Notes under the pieces: generated by a model | The model's input: the letters and a program-made list of their open reading frames with translations, nothing else | What the model was told of the DNA's origin: nothing | Databases searched by the model: none | Position numbers and translations under genes: made by a program | Shown: positions 47,667 to 56,445 of the stretch, in pieces | How positions within the stretch are numbered: the first letter of the stretch is position 1 | Layout of the letters: the number at the start of each line of letters is the position of its first letter | DNA from: Candidatus Altimarinota bacterium | GTDB taxonomy: Bacteria > Patescibacteriota > Gracilibacteria > UBA1369 | Assembly: GCA_963677745.1 (NCBI GenBank) | Contig: OY782391.1 | Span: 672,001 to 736,000 of the forward strand | Reading direction: 5' to 3' | DNA: 64,000 bases

Positions 47667-48449
47667 TCACTCGGCGGCCGGTTTTCCCGACACAATTTCC
47701 TGCAACAGTTTTTTGGCCTCAGCGTTGTCCGGCCAGTGTTCTATAATCGACTCCAAAACCTGCCTGGCTTCCGCATACATGTCTTTTTCAATCTGCCAAT
47801 TGGCCAGGGTCAGACCATAATTCAAATTATCCGGATCCAGCGTCAGGGCTTTTTCAATATTCAAAAATGCCTGGTCCATTTCTTCCAGCAGGTGATTGAT
47901 TCTGGCCAGACTGTAAAAGCGGCCGGCCCTCCCGGGATCCAGCTGGATCGCCTTCTCATAAAACTCCTTGGCCTCACCGTATTTTTCCTGATGGAAAAGA
48001 GACAGTCCAAGATTGCTGAAATAAACGGGATCGTCATTCACCGCTACAATCAGTTTCCGGTAAATCAGTTCTGCTTTGCCGTACTGTTCCTGATTCAAAT
48101 AAATAGCCCCCAGTTTGGCATAAGCCTGAAGATGCGACGGGTCCATGGCAATCGCCTTGATATATAGCTTTTCAGCATCGCCGATATGTCCCTTTTTCAG
48201 TTCCAGTTCGGCCTTCTTAAAATGGTTTTCACCTTTCACCCGCAGTTTCGGATTGACCGTTGAAGGGTCGGGGATCATTTCCTTGGCGGTCACTTCCAGA
48301 TCCTGTTTGGACAGCCGCCCGGGCAGCCTCAGCCCCCTCTTCAAAACCATTTTTCCGAAAAGGGTGGCCTTGTCGAGCAGATACCAGCGGCGCACGAATA
48401 TCAGCAGCAGTATCAGGAAACTTGTTATGACTAATATTAAGTCAATCAT
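47667..48449 (-). CDS. Membrane-anchored TPR protein
   Basis: N-terminal TM helix; TPR repeats (A...Y.KAI..DP). Confidence 0.88.
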   Translation of the reverse strand: MIDLILVITSFLILLLIFVRRWYLLDKATLFGKMVLKRGLRLPGRLSKQDLEVTAKEMIPDPSTVNPKLRVKGENHFKKAELELKKGHIGDAEKLYIKAIAMDPSHLQAYAKLGAIYLNQEQYGKAELIYRKLIVAVNDDPVYFSNLGLSLFHQEKYGEAKEFYEKAIQLDPGRAGRFYSLARINHLLEEMDQAFLNIEKALTLDPDNLNYGLTLANWQIEKDMYAEARQVLESIIEHWPDNAEAKKLLQEIVSGKPAAE

Positions 48450-49375
48450 AGGCTCAAAATAAAATTTTCCAGTAATAAGCGGCTGTTTACGTTGGTTTCA
48501 GACAAACTCTTAACCGCAAAAAGCTTGTCCAGTCTTTGGGCGGCCAGCGTCTGTGCGCCTGGGTCGGAGGCCAAAACGGCTGCCTTCAGCTCGTCCCTCA
48601 GCACTATCGAAACGATTTCCAGAAAAATCTGGATCAGCAATTGGTCATTGTGGATCTGGCTGACAAAATTAAAAGCGGAGGCAACATCGCGTCTTTCCAG
48701 AAAATCTTTGATTTGGACGTAAAACTGTTCATAGGCCTGCAAATGTTCATCGGTCTCCAATAATTTAATAGCCTTGGCCACCCGTCCCAGTGCCAGTTCC
48801 ACCACCCTGGCGATTTTTTTCTCATCCTGCAGCCGGTAGCGGTTTTTGAGTAGACGCAACAGTTCTTCCGCCGGCATCAGCTGAAAATCGATCCGTCTCA
48901 CCCGGGAGAGGATTGTTTCCAGAACGGCTTTGGGATTGGACGTGGTAAAAATATAAAGGACTTTGTCCGGTGGCTCCTCCAGCATTTTCAGCATGGCGTT
49001 AGCCGCTTCGTCGGTCAGCCGGTCAATATTTTCCAACACCAGCACTCTCTTCCAGCTGTCACCGGTCATCTGCAGATTGGCCAGGAGAGACCGGATCTCA
49101 AGCAGCTTCAGATTGTTCTCTTCCGGGATGGCGCCGTAGATCAGCGTGTCCGGATGAATGCCCCGGTCGATCAGCGTGGAAATTTGGAAAGCCTTTTCTT
49201 CAGACAAATTGTAAGTTTGCACGGCCTTGGCAAAATTCTTGGCGATGGTGAACTTTCCCAAGTCCGAGGGGCCGGCCAGCAGATAGGCGTGAGCCAGATT
49301 GCCGCTCTCCAGATCTTGTTGCAATTGAGCCAGCTGTTTCTGGTGACCGATAATGTTTTTGAAATATTGTGACAT
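48446..49375 (-). CDS. holB: DNA polymerase III delta' subunit
   Basis: IIGH, HAYLL.GP...GK, HPD, AANAMLK.LEEPP, TILSR; start MSQYF. Confidence 0.88.
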   Translation of the reverse strand: MSQYFKNIIGHQKQLAQLQQDLESGNLAHAYLLAGPSDLGKFTIAKNFAKAVQTYNLSEEKAFQISTLIDRGIHPDTLIYGAIPEENNLKLLEIRSLLANLQMTGDSWKRVLVLENIDRLTDEAANAMLKMLEEPPDKVLYIFTTSNPKAVLETILSRVRRIDFQLMPAEELLRLLKNRYRLQDEKKIARVVELALGRVAKAIKLLETDEHLQAYEQFYVQIKDFLERRDVASAFNFVSQIHNDQLLIQIFLEIVSIVLRDELKAAVLASDPGAQTLAAQRLDKLFAVKSLSETNVNSRLLLENFILSL

Positions 49376-49534
49376 ATAAAGTTGCTTCTTCCGGATAGAT
49401 AGCACAAAACCAATTTTCTCAATTTTGTCTAATGTTTTTCCGTCGCTAAGTTTATACTCACCGGCGTAAATTGTCACTTGAAAAAAACACCTTCCGGGCG
49501 CAGAATCTTGCCGTAAACATCTAAACCAAACCTT

Positions 49535-50194
49535 ATGAAAAACCGCCTTTTTTTATCACTGACAGTCTTTGCTTTTTTACTGGCCGGCTGCCAGGGAGAA
49601 CCTGCCGCCGACAAGAAGTCCGCCACCCCGGTTCCCGTCGTCACCGAAACCACTTCAAACACTAACCAGACAGAAACTTTTATGCAAACTGCCACCCCCC
49701 AGCCCGGCGATACCATCGCCACTTTGGAAACAGACAAAGGTACCATTCAGTTCAAACTTTTTACCGATCTGGTTCCCGAAACCACCAAAAATTTCATTGA
49801 GCTGGCCAAAGCCGGCAAATACGACGGAGTCCCCTTCCACCGCGTGATCAAGGATTTCATGATTCAGACGGGGGATTTCACCAATAAAAACGGCACCGGA
49901 GGATACAGCTACAAAGGTCCCGGTACACAGATTGATGATGAATTTTCCACCCAGCTCCAGAATCTCCGCGGAACTGTTTCCATGGCCAATGCCGGCGCCA
50001 ACACCAACGGTAGCCAGTTCTTCATCGTGACTGCCAATGGTGGAACCCCCTGGCTCAACAATAAACACACTGTTTTTGGCCAGGTTTTCTCCGGACAGGA
50101 TGTGGTAGACTCGATTTCCGGCGTGCAAACCAACAACATGGACGCTCCCGTCACTCCGATTCTGATCAAGAAAGTAACCATAAGCACAATCTGA
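49535..50194 (+). CDS. Cyclophilin-type peptidyl-prolyl isomerase, lipoprotein
   Basis: Lipobox LAGC; [37 protein letters not shown]. Confidence 0.95.
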   Translation: MKNRLFLSLTVFAFLLAGCQGEPAADKKSATPVPVVTETTSNTNQTETFMQTATPQPGDTIATLETDKGTIQFKLFTDLVPETTKNFIELAKAGKYDGVPFHRVIKDFMIQTGDFTNKNGTGGYSYKGPGTQIDDEFSTQLQNLRGTVSMANAGANTNGSQFFIVTANGGTPWLNNKHTVFGQVFSGQDVVDSISGVQTNNMDAPVTPILIKKVTISTI

Positions 50195-50442
50195 AATAAA
50201 GGGCCTGTCTGACAAGACGATTTGTTTAGCACGAAGGCCTGTCTATTTCACAAGGCTTTCAAAGGTTGGACTAGTCGAAAACGGAAAATGATTAATTGCC
50301 ATTGGACAGACCTTGATTAATACTGACAGCTGGCGATGCCAAGAAGCTTATTGGAGTTTCGCCATCCGTCAAAACAAAAAATTTTGCCTGGCCGGGCAAA
50401 AAACGGATTTTCCAAAATAAAGGCCGCCCAAAAACAAAACTT

Positions 50443-50468
50443 AAAAACCCCTCTTTACGAGGGGTTTT
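50443..50468 (-). terminator. Intrinsic terminator of infC-rpmI-rplT
   Basis: AAAACCCCTC-GTAAA-GAGGGGTTTTT on the minus strand. Confidence 0.8.
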
Positions 50469-50497
50469 CAAATTGTCTCAACTTCAGGTTTCTGTTT

Positions 50498-50851
50498 CTA
50501 GAGAGCCGATTTAGCCTTCTCCACAACCTGTTTGAAAATTTCCGGATTGTTGGTGGCCAGTTCGGACAGGATTTTCCGGTCTACGGCAATCTTGGCCTTG
50601 AGCATGCCGCTGATCAGTTTGGAGTAGCTGATTCCTTCAGCCCTGCAGCCGGCATTGATTCTGGTGATCCAGAGTGAGCGGAACTGTCTCTTTTTGAGCT
50701 TTCTGCCGCGATAGCTGTTCTGTCCCGCCTTGGCGATAAAGTTCTTGGCCCATTTAACGCGGGATGTGGCTACTTTGGAGTAGCCCTTCACCATCCGTTT
50801 AAATTTATTGTGTCTTTTTTTTGTGGAAATACCTCTCTTTACACGTGTCAT
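50498..50851 (-). CDS. rplT: 50S ribosomal protein L20
   Basis: MTRVKRG...KKRQFRSLWITRINA...DRKILSELA. Confidence 0.97.
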   Translation of the reverse strand: MTRVKRGISTKKRHNKFKRMVKGYSKVATSRVKWAKNFIAKAGQNSYRGRKLKKRQFRSLWITRINAGCRAEGISYSKLISGMLKAKIAVDRKILSELATNNPEIFKQVVEKAKSAL

Positions 50852-50874
50852 GATAGTTTGGGATTAAATTCTAA

Positions 50875-51063
50875 CTAAGGGAGCAGCTTTTTGATCCATT
50901 TGGAATCGCTGGCTGAGGCCTGCATTCCGGCCCTGTGTAACTTCTTCTGTCTCTTGGATTTTTTAACCAAAAGATGTTTCTTGGCGGATTTGCTGAACAT
51001 AATCTTACCGGTGCCGGTAATCTTGATGCGCTTTTTCAGTCCGCTGTTGCTTTTCCTTTTCAT
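50875..51063 (-). CDS. rpmI: 50S ribosomal protein L35
   Basis: K.KS.SG.KKR.KITGTGKI...H; lies between infC and rplT. Confidence 0.95.
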   Translation of the reverse strand: MKRKSNSGLKKRIKITGTGKIMFSKSAKKHLLVKKSKRQKKLHRAGMQASASDSKWIKKLLP

Positions 51064-51066
51064 AAG

Positions 51067-51579
51067 TTAATTGTTTGATGGGATTAATACCATATTGATT
51101 GAATTTCCTTGTCTTTTGGCCGGCGCCTCGATCGTCGCTATGTCCTTGAGTTTTTCATAGAAGCTGACGATTTTCTGCATGCCCAGATCGTTGTGGGCGG
51201 CTTCCCTGCCTTTAAACATCAGTGTCACCTTAACGGTGTTTCTGTCCTCCAGAAAACCTCTGGCCTGTTTGGCTTTTACCTCCAGATCGTGTTCGTCGAT
51301 ACGCAGGCTGAGGCGGATGGTTTTCAGTTCGGTCTTTTTTTGCAACCGCTTGTGCTTGGCTTCGATCTTTCTCTGACGATACTGATACTTGCCGAAATCC
51401 AGAATCTTACAGACCGGCGGTTTGGCCAACGGGGCCACCTCCACCAGATCCAGTTCTCTTTCCTGTGCCATGCGTAGCGCTTCCTCCAGATTTACTTCTC
51501 CCAGTTGTTCGTCGTTTTCATCAATCAGTCTGACCTGTGGAGATTTAATTTGATAGTTAACGCGGGTGTGTTTACTGAT
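51067..51579 (-). CDS. infC: Translation initiation factor IF-3 with non-canonical AUC start
   Basis: Frame extends upstream of the track's ATG through ISKHTRVNYQIKSPQVRLIDENDEQLG; in-frame TAA two codons above ATC 51579. Confidence 0.9.
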   Translation of the reverse strand: MSKHTRVNYQIKSPQVRLIDENDEQLGEVNLEEALRMAQERELDLVEVAPLAKPPVCKILDFGKYQYRQRKIEAKHKRLQKKTELKTIRLSLRIDEHDLEVKAKQARGFLEDRNTVKVTLMFKGREAAHNDLGMQKIVSFYEKLKDIATIEAPAKRQGNSINMVLIPSNN

Positions 51580-51606
51580 AGTTTATTTAGTAATGATGTA
51601 CAAGAC

Positions 51607-51670
51607 GGACTTTTCCCCGAAAACCCCAAATCTTCAGGTCCTCCCCCTTTGGCGAGGCTCAAAGTCGGGC
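51607..51670 (-). promoter_or_regulatory. Structured 5' leader of the infC operon (candidate L20-responsive leader)
   Basis: P1 GACUUU/AAAGUC enclosing CCUC/GAGG and CCUGAAGA/UUUUCGGG hairpins. Confidence 0.5.
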
Positions 51671-51673
51671 TAA

Positions 51674-51703
51674 AATATATATGTGTTTTGGCATTCCTGT
51701 CAA
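51674..51703 (-). promoter_or_regulatory. Sigma70 promoter of the infC operon
   Basis: TTGACA-N18-TATATT. Confidence 0.65.
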
Positions 51704-51888
51704 CAAAAAACCTTTAATAAGAAGGCCCAACCACCGTTTATACTCGTATAGGTAAATTTAGATAATTTTTATTCCCGCTTCACCTCCCTGCTTTATTCTG
51801 CCCCTGAACTGATAATAAGTTTGACCATTGAGATCGTAAAACCAAGTAAAGTATGAACAAATTGTCACCTAACCGACGGGAGAACGTC

Positions 51889-52557
51889 ATGAGAAAACCG
51901 GTCTTTTGGAACACAACGATTACCGCACTGGTCTGCCTGGCGCTGGTTGGCTGTCAAACTCAGGCGGAAAAAGATTCGCCTGCTTTGACGACCGGACAAT
52001 CCGGCGGACAGCCGTGGGCTGCCACACCATCCGTCTCCGAAAATTACCCCGAAAATCCTACCGGAAACATCTGGAGTCCCGGGCGGAAAGAATGGGTGCC
52101 ATATTATGAGGTCCCGGCGGGTTGGGAGACCAACCCTTCCAGCAGGTGGCATCTCAGAAAGACTGTTTCCGGACAGGAAAACTCCTATCTAACTTTGGAA
52201 TACGTTGAAAACCAGGCGTCCCCCTTGGCTGCCCGCGACACCGCTTATGACAAGACGGTCTGCCTAAACGGGGAAAATCAGAACGCCTTCATTGACTGTC
52301 TGAAAAATCCCGAAAAGTCGGAAACCCAATTGGCCGGACAAAAGGTTTATCAACTGACCTATCAGGGGACCTGGCGGGGAAAGGAAGAGAAGGTTCAATC
52401 ATTTTATTTCCTGAACGGAGAAACGACCTATTCCGCGAGAGTGGAGGGGTCGGCGACAGACGCGGCGGAAGTGGTAGAAAAAATTATGTCCACACTGAAT
52501 TTCAGAGAGGAGGTTTTCAGTCCTCAAAACAACCCGGAAGATCTGGGAGGAATTTGA
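51889..52557 (+). CDS. Lipoprotein, PsbP-like fold possible
   Basis: SD GGGAG before MRKPVF; lipobox LVGC; Y.VP.GW...I.STL.F pattern. Confidence 0.7.
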   Translation: MRKPVFWNTTITALVCLALVGCQTQAEKDSPALTTGQSGGQPWAATPSVSENYPENPTGNIWSPGRKEWVPYYEVPAGWETNPSSRWHLRKTVSGQENSYLTLEYVENQASPLAARDTAYDKTVCLNGENQNAFIDCLKNPEKSETQLAGQKVYQLTYQGTWRGKEEKVQSFYFLNGETTYSARVEGSATDAAEVVEKIMSTLNFREEVFSPQNNPEDLGGI

Positions 52558-52610
52558 ATATAATCTGAATATTAAAAGTTCCTGCACTGTCAGGAGAAGG
52601 AGCGGTAAAG

Positions 52611-54860
52611 ATGCTTCGATGGACTGTTTTTCAGTTTGCCATTGTTTTTATTTTGATCTCGGGCCCGCTTCAGGCCAAAGAAATCGGCAGCGGGTTTTGC
52701 ACCGAACTGCAGTTGGAAAATATTCCCTTGGTGCGGATCGGCGAAACTCTCCATCTGCCCATGGAAGAAATGAGAATTACCCAGGAATACAACAATTCCT
52801 ATCAGGACGGCTGGTGTGAAAACGGTTCGGCGCAGCCACCGGCGACCAGCGCCGAGTGCCAGGGCAAAAAGATCTTTTACGGGCATGACGGACTGGATCT
52901 GCATCCCCAGGGTGCCGGCTCCGGACAAGAAAACATTCTGGCCGTTCAGAACAGTCTGGTGCTGGCTTCTCACAAAAGCGGGACTTTTGACGGTTGGGGG
53001 GAATCGATGATTCTGGTTACCCGGTCCAATGAGTTTTCCGAAGAACTGATTACTTTCCACTATCATCACCTGCACGGAACACCCTCCCCTTCTTATAGCA
53101 CCACCCGGCTGTTCAACGCCTGTGAACCGGTACTGAAAGGGCAGGTTATTGCCAAGGAAGGCGGAACCCCCGGCTGGCCGACCCATCTGCATTTTTCAGT
53201 CAAACGCTGGAAGAATCTCTCAGAGTTGCAGAATGAAATCAGCCATCATCCTTCGGGCGTCTATGGCTACGGCTATACCTACGGGGACGAAAGCAAGCTG
53301 GCCAGATATCTCGATCCGCAAGCACTGCTTTACGATTTCTTTACGGAATTCCAGGAAGACCAGGCGGAATTTTCCACCTGGCAGTGGAGCCAGACTTATG
53401 TTACGGAAATGCGGCATCAGGGCTGGTATCTGGGTGAATTTAACGGAAACTACGGAGTAGAACGGAATGTCGCGCGCCGCGCAGCGGCGCGCTGGATCAA
53501 ACAAGCCCTGGAGCTGCCGACCGCCAACAGCAGTGCCTCCAGCCTTTACTACGATGTACCGCCTGCCGATCCCGACTTTCCCTACATCAACACTCTGGCA
53601 CGCCAGGATTTGACGGTTCCGGTTTTGAACCCGGATGGCGGCTGCACAACTTTCGGGCATTACTTTTGTCCGGACCAGGATCTGTCCAGGTCCCAGGCGG
53701 TCAAAATGATAGTGGCCGGTTTTTTTCAGGAGGAGTTTCTGGATATCTACAACAACTGGGTCTGGAAGGCGGCGGCACCCTTAGCCAACAACATCCTTTC
53801 CCAGTTTCAGGATGTCTCGGTTTATACCTGGTTTGCCCCCTATGTATATTTTGCCTGGCAAAAAGGACTGACCGGTACCGGAAGTTTTTTCTATCCCGAT
53901 CAGTCGGTGCGCCGGGCTGAACTGGCCAAGTGGCTGGTGATGGCCTGGCAGATCAAACATGGACAGGCTCCCGGTTTTTGCCGGAACGTCAGCTGCGAAG
54001 GCGGATATTTCTGCGAGGAAAGCAGTAAATCCTGCCAGCCTCTGCCGGAGTGTATACCCTGGGAAAATTCTCCCTGCCCCCTGGGGGGAGGATATGAGAT
54101 TCCAGGGAATACGGAAAACGGCACGGGCGGCAATCAGGGCTCCGGTGGAAATTCATCCGGCGGCACCGGCAATTCCGCGGGCAGCGGAGCCATGGGAAAT
54201 ATATACAACTGCACTTCCGATCCTCACTATGCCACACCCTGTTCAATGGGAGTCGGGATCTGTCTGAGAGGTGGAATTCAGGTGTGTAATCAGATCGGAG
54301 ACGGCCTGATTTGTAGCTCCTCCGCCGGCACGCCTAATCCGGCCGGAGAAATTTGCGGCAACCTGATGGACGACAACTGCAACGGCGCTGCGGACGAGCC
54401 GCCCTGCGTTCAGCAGGGCGGAAGCGGCGGAACTTCCGGAGCCGGCGGCAGTGGAGGGAGTATCCCCTGCACCGACGGCTATTATGTCAGCCCCTCCGGC
54501 GCCAGCTGTTACTCCAACCCTTCCGCTTCCGGCTCCCCCACCCTCTGTCTGGAAACCTCCTACTCTTCCGGTGCCCAGCTCAGCTGGCGCCTTTGCAAGC
54601 AGGGCGGAGCCTTCCAGAACAACTTTACTTACGAACTGCTCGATCAAAATCATCTGTCCCACTATCTGGGAGGGACACAGAATGCCGGCGCCGGCTCCGC
54701 CTGCAGCCCCTGGCAGTCCGCTGATTTCAGCTATATTACCCAGAACCAACCGGTCAACGGAGCGGGACTGATCGTCGAAGTCCACTCGCCCAACGGGTGT
54801 ACCCAGCCGTCCTGTACCTACTACACCGGCATCACGACTTTCTATCGCGACTGCCTCTGA
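52611..54860 (+). CDS. Secreted M23 peptidase with SLH repeats and Cys/Gly-rich C-terminus (MopE-like metal-binding motif)
   Basis: GHDGLDL, YHHL, HLHF zinc motifs; SLH-like repeats; EICGNLMDDNCNGAADE. Confidence 0.85.
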   Translation: MLRWTVFQFAIVFILISGPLQAKEIGSGFCTELQLENIPLVRIGETLHLPMEEMRITQEYNNSYQDGWCENGSAQPPATSAECQGKKIFYGHDGLDLHPQGAGSGQENILAVQNSLVLASHKSGTFDGWGESMILVTRSNEFSEELITFHYHHLHGTPSPSYSTTRLFNACEPVLKGQVIAKEGGTPGWPTHLHFSVKRWKNLSELQNEISHHPSGVYGYGYTYGDESKLARYLDPQALLYDFFTEFQEDQAEFSTWQWSQTYVTEMRHQGWYLGEFNGNYGVERNVARRAAARWIKQALELPTANSSASSLYYDVPPADPDFPYINTLARQDLTVPVLNPDGGCTTFGHYFCPDQDLSRSQAVKMIVAGFFQEEFLDIYNNWVWKAAAPLANNILSQFQDVSVYTWFAPYVYFAWQKGLTGTGSFFYPDQSVRRAELAKWLVMAWQIKHGQAPGFCRNVSCEGGYFCEESSKSCQPLPECIPWENSPCPLGGGYEIPGNTENGTGGNQGSGGNSSGGTGNSAGSGAMGNIYNCTSDPHYATPCSMGVGICLRGGIQVCNQIGDGLICSSSAGTPNPAGEICGNLMDDNCNGAADEPPCVQQGGSGGTSGAGGSGGSIPCTDGYYVSPSGASCYSNPSASGSPTLCLETSYSSGAQLSWRLCKQGGAFQNNFTYELLDQNHLSHYLGGTQNAGAGSACSPWQSADFSYITQNQPVNGAGLIVEVHSPNGCTQPSCTYYTGITTFYRDCL

Positions 54861-54914
54861 TCACGAAAGAAGTACTAAAGAATCTACAAAGAATCGCGAA
54901 AGGAGAACTCGATC

Positions 54915-54950
54915 AAGCCCCCCGGCGGCCTGCGCCGCCGGGGGGCTTTT
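54915..54950 (+). terminator. GC-rich intrinsic terminator
   Basis: AAGCCCCCCGGCGGC-CTGC-GCCGCCGGGGGGCTTTT. Confidence 0.85.
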
Positions 54951-54954
54951 AAAA

Positions 54955-55923
54955 TCAAACCAGAATCAGGTTAAATAAGTATCCGGTAAACATAATTCCC
55001 GCCCCCACTATACCGGCGAAGATTAATATCAGCCTGGTTTTCATCACTCTTTTCAGTATCAAAAATTCCGGCAGAGAAAGTCCTGTAACAGCCATCATAA
55101 AGGCCAGGGTCGTGCCGATTGCCACGCCTTTATCAGTCAGCACGCTGACCAGCAGAATGATGCCCGCAGCGTTGGAATAAAGGGGTATGCCGATCAGGGT
55201 AGCCAGCGGCACCGCGTACCACTTGTCGCTCCCGGCGAATTGAGCCAGAAAATCCACGGGAACATAACCGTGTATCCATGCTCCGAGGCCGATTCCGACA
55301 AGCACGTATAGCCAGATTTTTTTAAGAAGTTTCCAGGTGTAATTTTTAGCATATTTGAGCCTGTCTCCGGCGCTCTGGGTTTCTTGTTCTTTCTCTGTTT
55401 TGAGCTTTTTTTTATAAACAAAGTCCTCGACCAGTTTTTCCAGCTTCAGTTTACCAATGATCATTCCGGAAATGATAGCAATAACCAGTCCGCTGAAAAC
55501 GTAAAGCAGTGCGATTTCCCATCCAAACATCCCCAGCAGCATTACCAGGGCAACCTCATTGATCATGGGAGAGGCGACCAGAAAGGAAAAAGTAACGCCC
55601 AAAGGCACCCCGGCTTCGATAAATCCCAAAAACAACGGAATGGCGCTGCAGGTACAGAATGGCGTGATTATTCCCAGCAGGGAGGCTAATACGTTGCCGG
55701 TCCACTCGCGCTTACGCGACAAAAATTTTCTGGTTTGTTCAGGCGGCAGATAAGTCCTGATGACGGAAACCGTGAAGATGATTACCGCCAGTAAAATAAA
55801 AATCTTGATTACATCATAAATAAAAAAGTTCAGAGATTCTCCCAAGGGCGTTCCTTTCGGCAAGACTAACAAGGTTTGGGTAATCCAGTCGGCAAACAAC
55901 TGAACCGGATAAAAAATATCCAT
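54955..55923 (-). CDS. arsP: ArsP/DUF318-family permease
   Basis: TPFCTCSAIPLF.G...AGVPLG..FSFL.ASP..NE; GIPLYSN; LSLPE. Confidence 0.85.
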   Translation of the reverse strand: MDIFYPVQLFADWITQTLLVLPKGTPLGESLNFFIYDVIKIFILLAVIIFTVSVIRTYLPPEQTRKFLSRKREWTGNVLASLLGIITPFCTCSAIPLFLGFIEAGVPLGVTFSFLVASPMINEVALVMLLGMFGWEIALLYVFSGLVIAIISGMIIGKLKLEKLVEDFVYKKKLKTEKEQETQSAGDRLKYAKNYTWKLLKKIWLYVLVGIGLGAWIHGYVPVDFLAQFAGSDKWYAVPLATLIGIPLYSNAAGIILLVSVLTDKGVAIGTTLAFMMAVTGLSLPEFLILKRVMKTRLILIFAGIVGAGIMFTGYLFNLILV

Positions 55924-55924
55924 A

Positions 55925-56227
55925 TTATTTTCCGATTAAATTATTAATTTTCTTTAAGTGTTTCCCCAATTTTTTTTCATTCAGGTAATAAATTACATTG
56001 AGGCCCTCTTTCCTCGACTCGATCAGTCCCTGTTTCTTCAGCATTTTTAAGTGGTGCGAAACCAGATTTTGAGGCAGATCCAGGCCCTTCCACAATTCAC
56101 AAACACACTTCTCCCCGTTCTGCAGCAAATAAATAATTTTTAACCGGTTTTCCTCGGCAATCATGCCCAGGAATACCGCGAGCTGTTTAATCTCCGCTGA
56201 TTTTTTCGGACCGCATTTGTCAGTCAT
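55925..56227 (-). CDS. arsR: ArsR/SmtB-family repressor
   Basis: RLKI..LL..GE.CVCEL...Q..VSHHL..L. Confidence 0.9.
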   Translation of the reverse strand: MTDKCGPKKSAEIKQLAVFLGMIAEENRLKIIYLLQNGEKCVCELWKGLDLPQNLVSHHLKMLKKQGLIESRKEGLNVIYYLNEKKLGKHLKKINNLIGK

Positions 56228-56236
56228 GGTAAAAAC

Positions 56237-56258
56237 TATATCAACGTTCATTGATATA
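56237..56258. promoter_or_regulatory. ArsR-type operator
   Basis: TATATCAA-N6-TTGATATA, matching the ATCAA-N6-TTGAT ArsR box, just upstream of the arsR start. Confidence 0.8.
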
Positions 56259-56445
56259 CTATGTTTCCCCGGTTTTAGTCAATGCCGGTCAACCGTAAAA
56301 AACTCTTTCTGCTGTCACGTGATCACGACAGCCGGGATTTTTGGCACAAAAAAGTCATCTTTTTGGAGTGTCTTTCAAGGGCTGCGCCGGTTGAACAAAT
56401 TCCCGGAGGGTTTATCCTGTAATCTTATCTTTTAACTACATAGAT

